DNA from: Ginkgo biloba
Lineage: Eukaryota > Plantae > Ginkgophyta
DNA: 19,439 nt
Direction: 5' to 3'
NCBI GenBank assembly: GCA_024626585.2
Contig: JANKJI020000002.1
Span: forward strand, 195,711,839 to 195,731,277
Shown here: one piece after another, positions 19,142 through 19,439 of the stretch
How positions within the stretch are numbered: the stretch's first letter is position 1
Layout of the letters: every line of letters starts with the position of its first letter
The notes under the pieces: generated by a model
Databases searched by the model: none
The model's input: only the letters and a program-made list of their open reading frames with translations
What the model was told of the DNA's origin: nothing
Program-made: the position numbers and the translations under genes

Positions 19142-19439
19142 TGTAATACCCAATGGCATACTTGAATTGAGCATCCTCATGGAGGTAATTAAACCACCCA
19201 ACATTGTGAGGAGTTTTTGTGGATTTCGATAATACTATCTATTATAGGTTTTGTATGAGAACTTGGGACTATAATGATAGAGGTAGGAGTCATCAAGGGT
19301 GCTACTCTAGGATTGTTTATTACTAACAAGTGAATAGAGATATAGGTTCAAGTAAAGAGTTAGCTCATAAAAAATACAAAGATAATACAAGTAGCATTGG
19401 GTGCCTATTTAGCTTGGATTAAAGGCATTGATGAAAGAA
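19142..19439. repeat. Putative LTR terminus running off the window
   Basis: TGTAATACCC at 19142, followed by non-coding sequence. Confidence 0.45.

Overview
AT-rich, CpG-poor eukaryotic DNA, most plausibly heterochromatin of a large-genome land plant (gymnosperm/fern-like; this is inference). I find no intact host gene, rRNA, tRNA or CRISPR array. The window is a graveyard of decayed retroelements. It holds Ty3/gypsy fragments: RNase H-integrase at 1-1600 (+); a chromovirus integrase-chromodomain-PPT-3'LTR at 5410-3855 (-); gag-knuckle-protease at 6869-5865 (-); a non-chromovirus integrase plus extra ORF at 13465-12182 (-); protease at 17.5 kb and gag at 18.5 kb (+). It also holds L1-type LINE fragments (ORF2/RT, an endonuclease start, ORF1, and a poly(A)-tailed 3' end with a plant RNase H-like domain), diverged LTR-like repeat pairs and 87-88 bp tandem duplications. 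There are 14 N-runs. Six are exactly 100 N and mostly separate unrelated sequence, so adjacency across them is unreliable. The sequence does not establish a novel biological system. The best candidates for a second look are the poly(A)-tailed RNase H unit with no visible RT and an unassigned C-terminal extension (9389-11440), the extra ORF after the non-chromovirus integrase (12182-12664), and a diverged ~185 bp duplication with CTGA-centred conserved blocks (9103-9380). All translations were done by eye.
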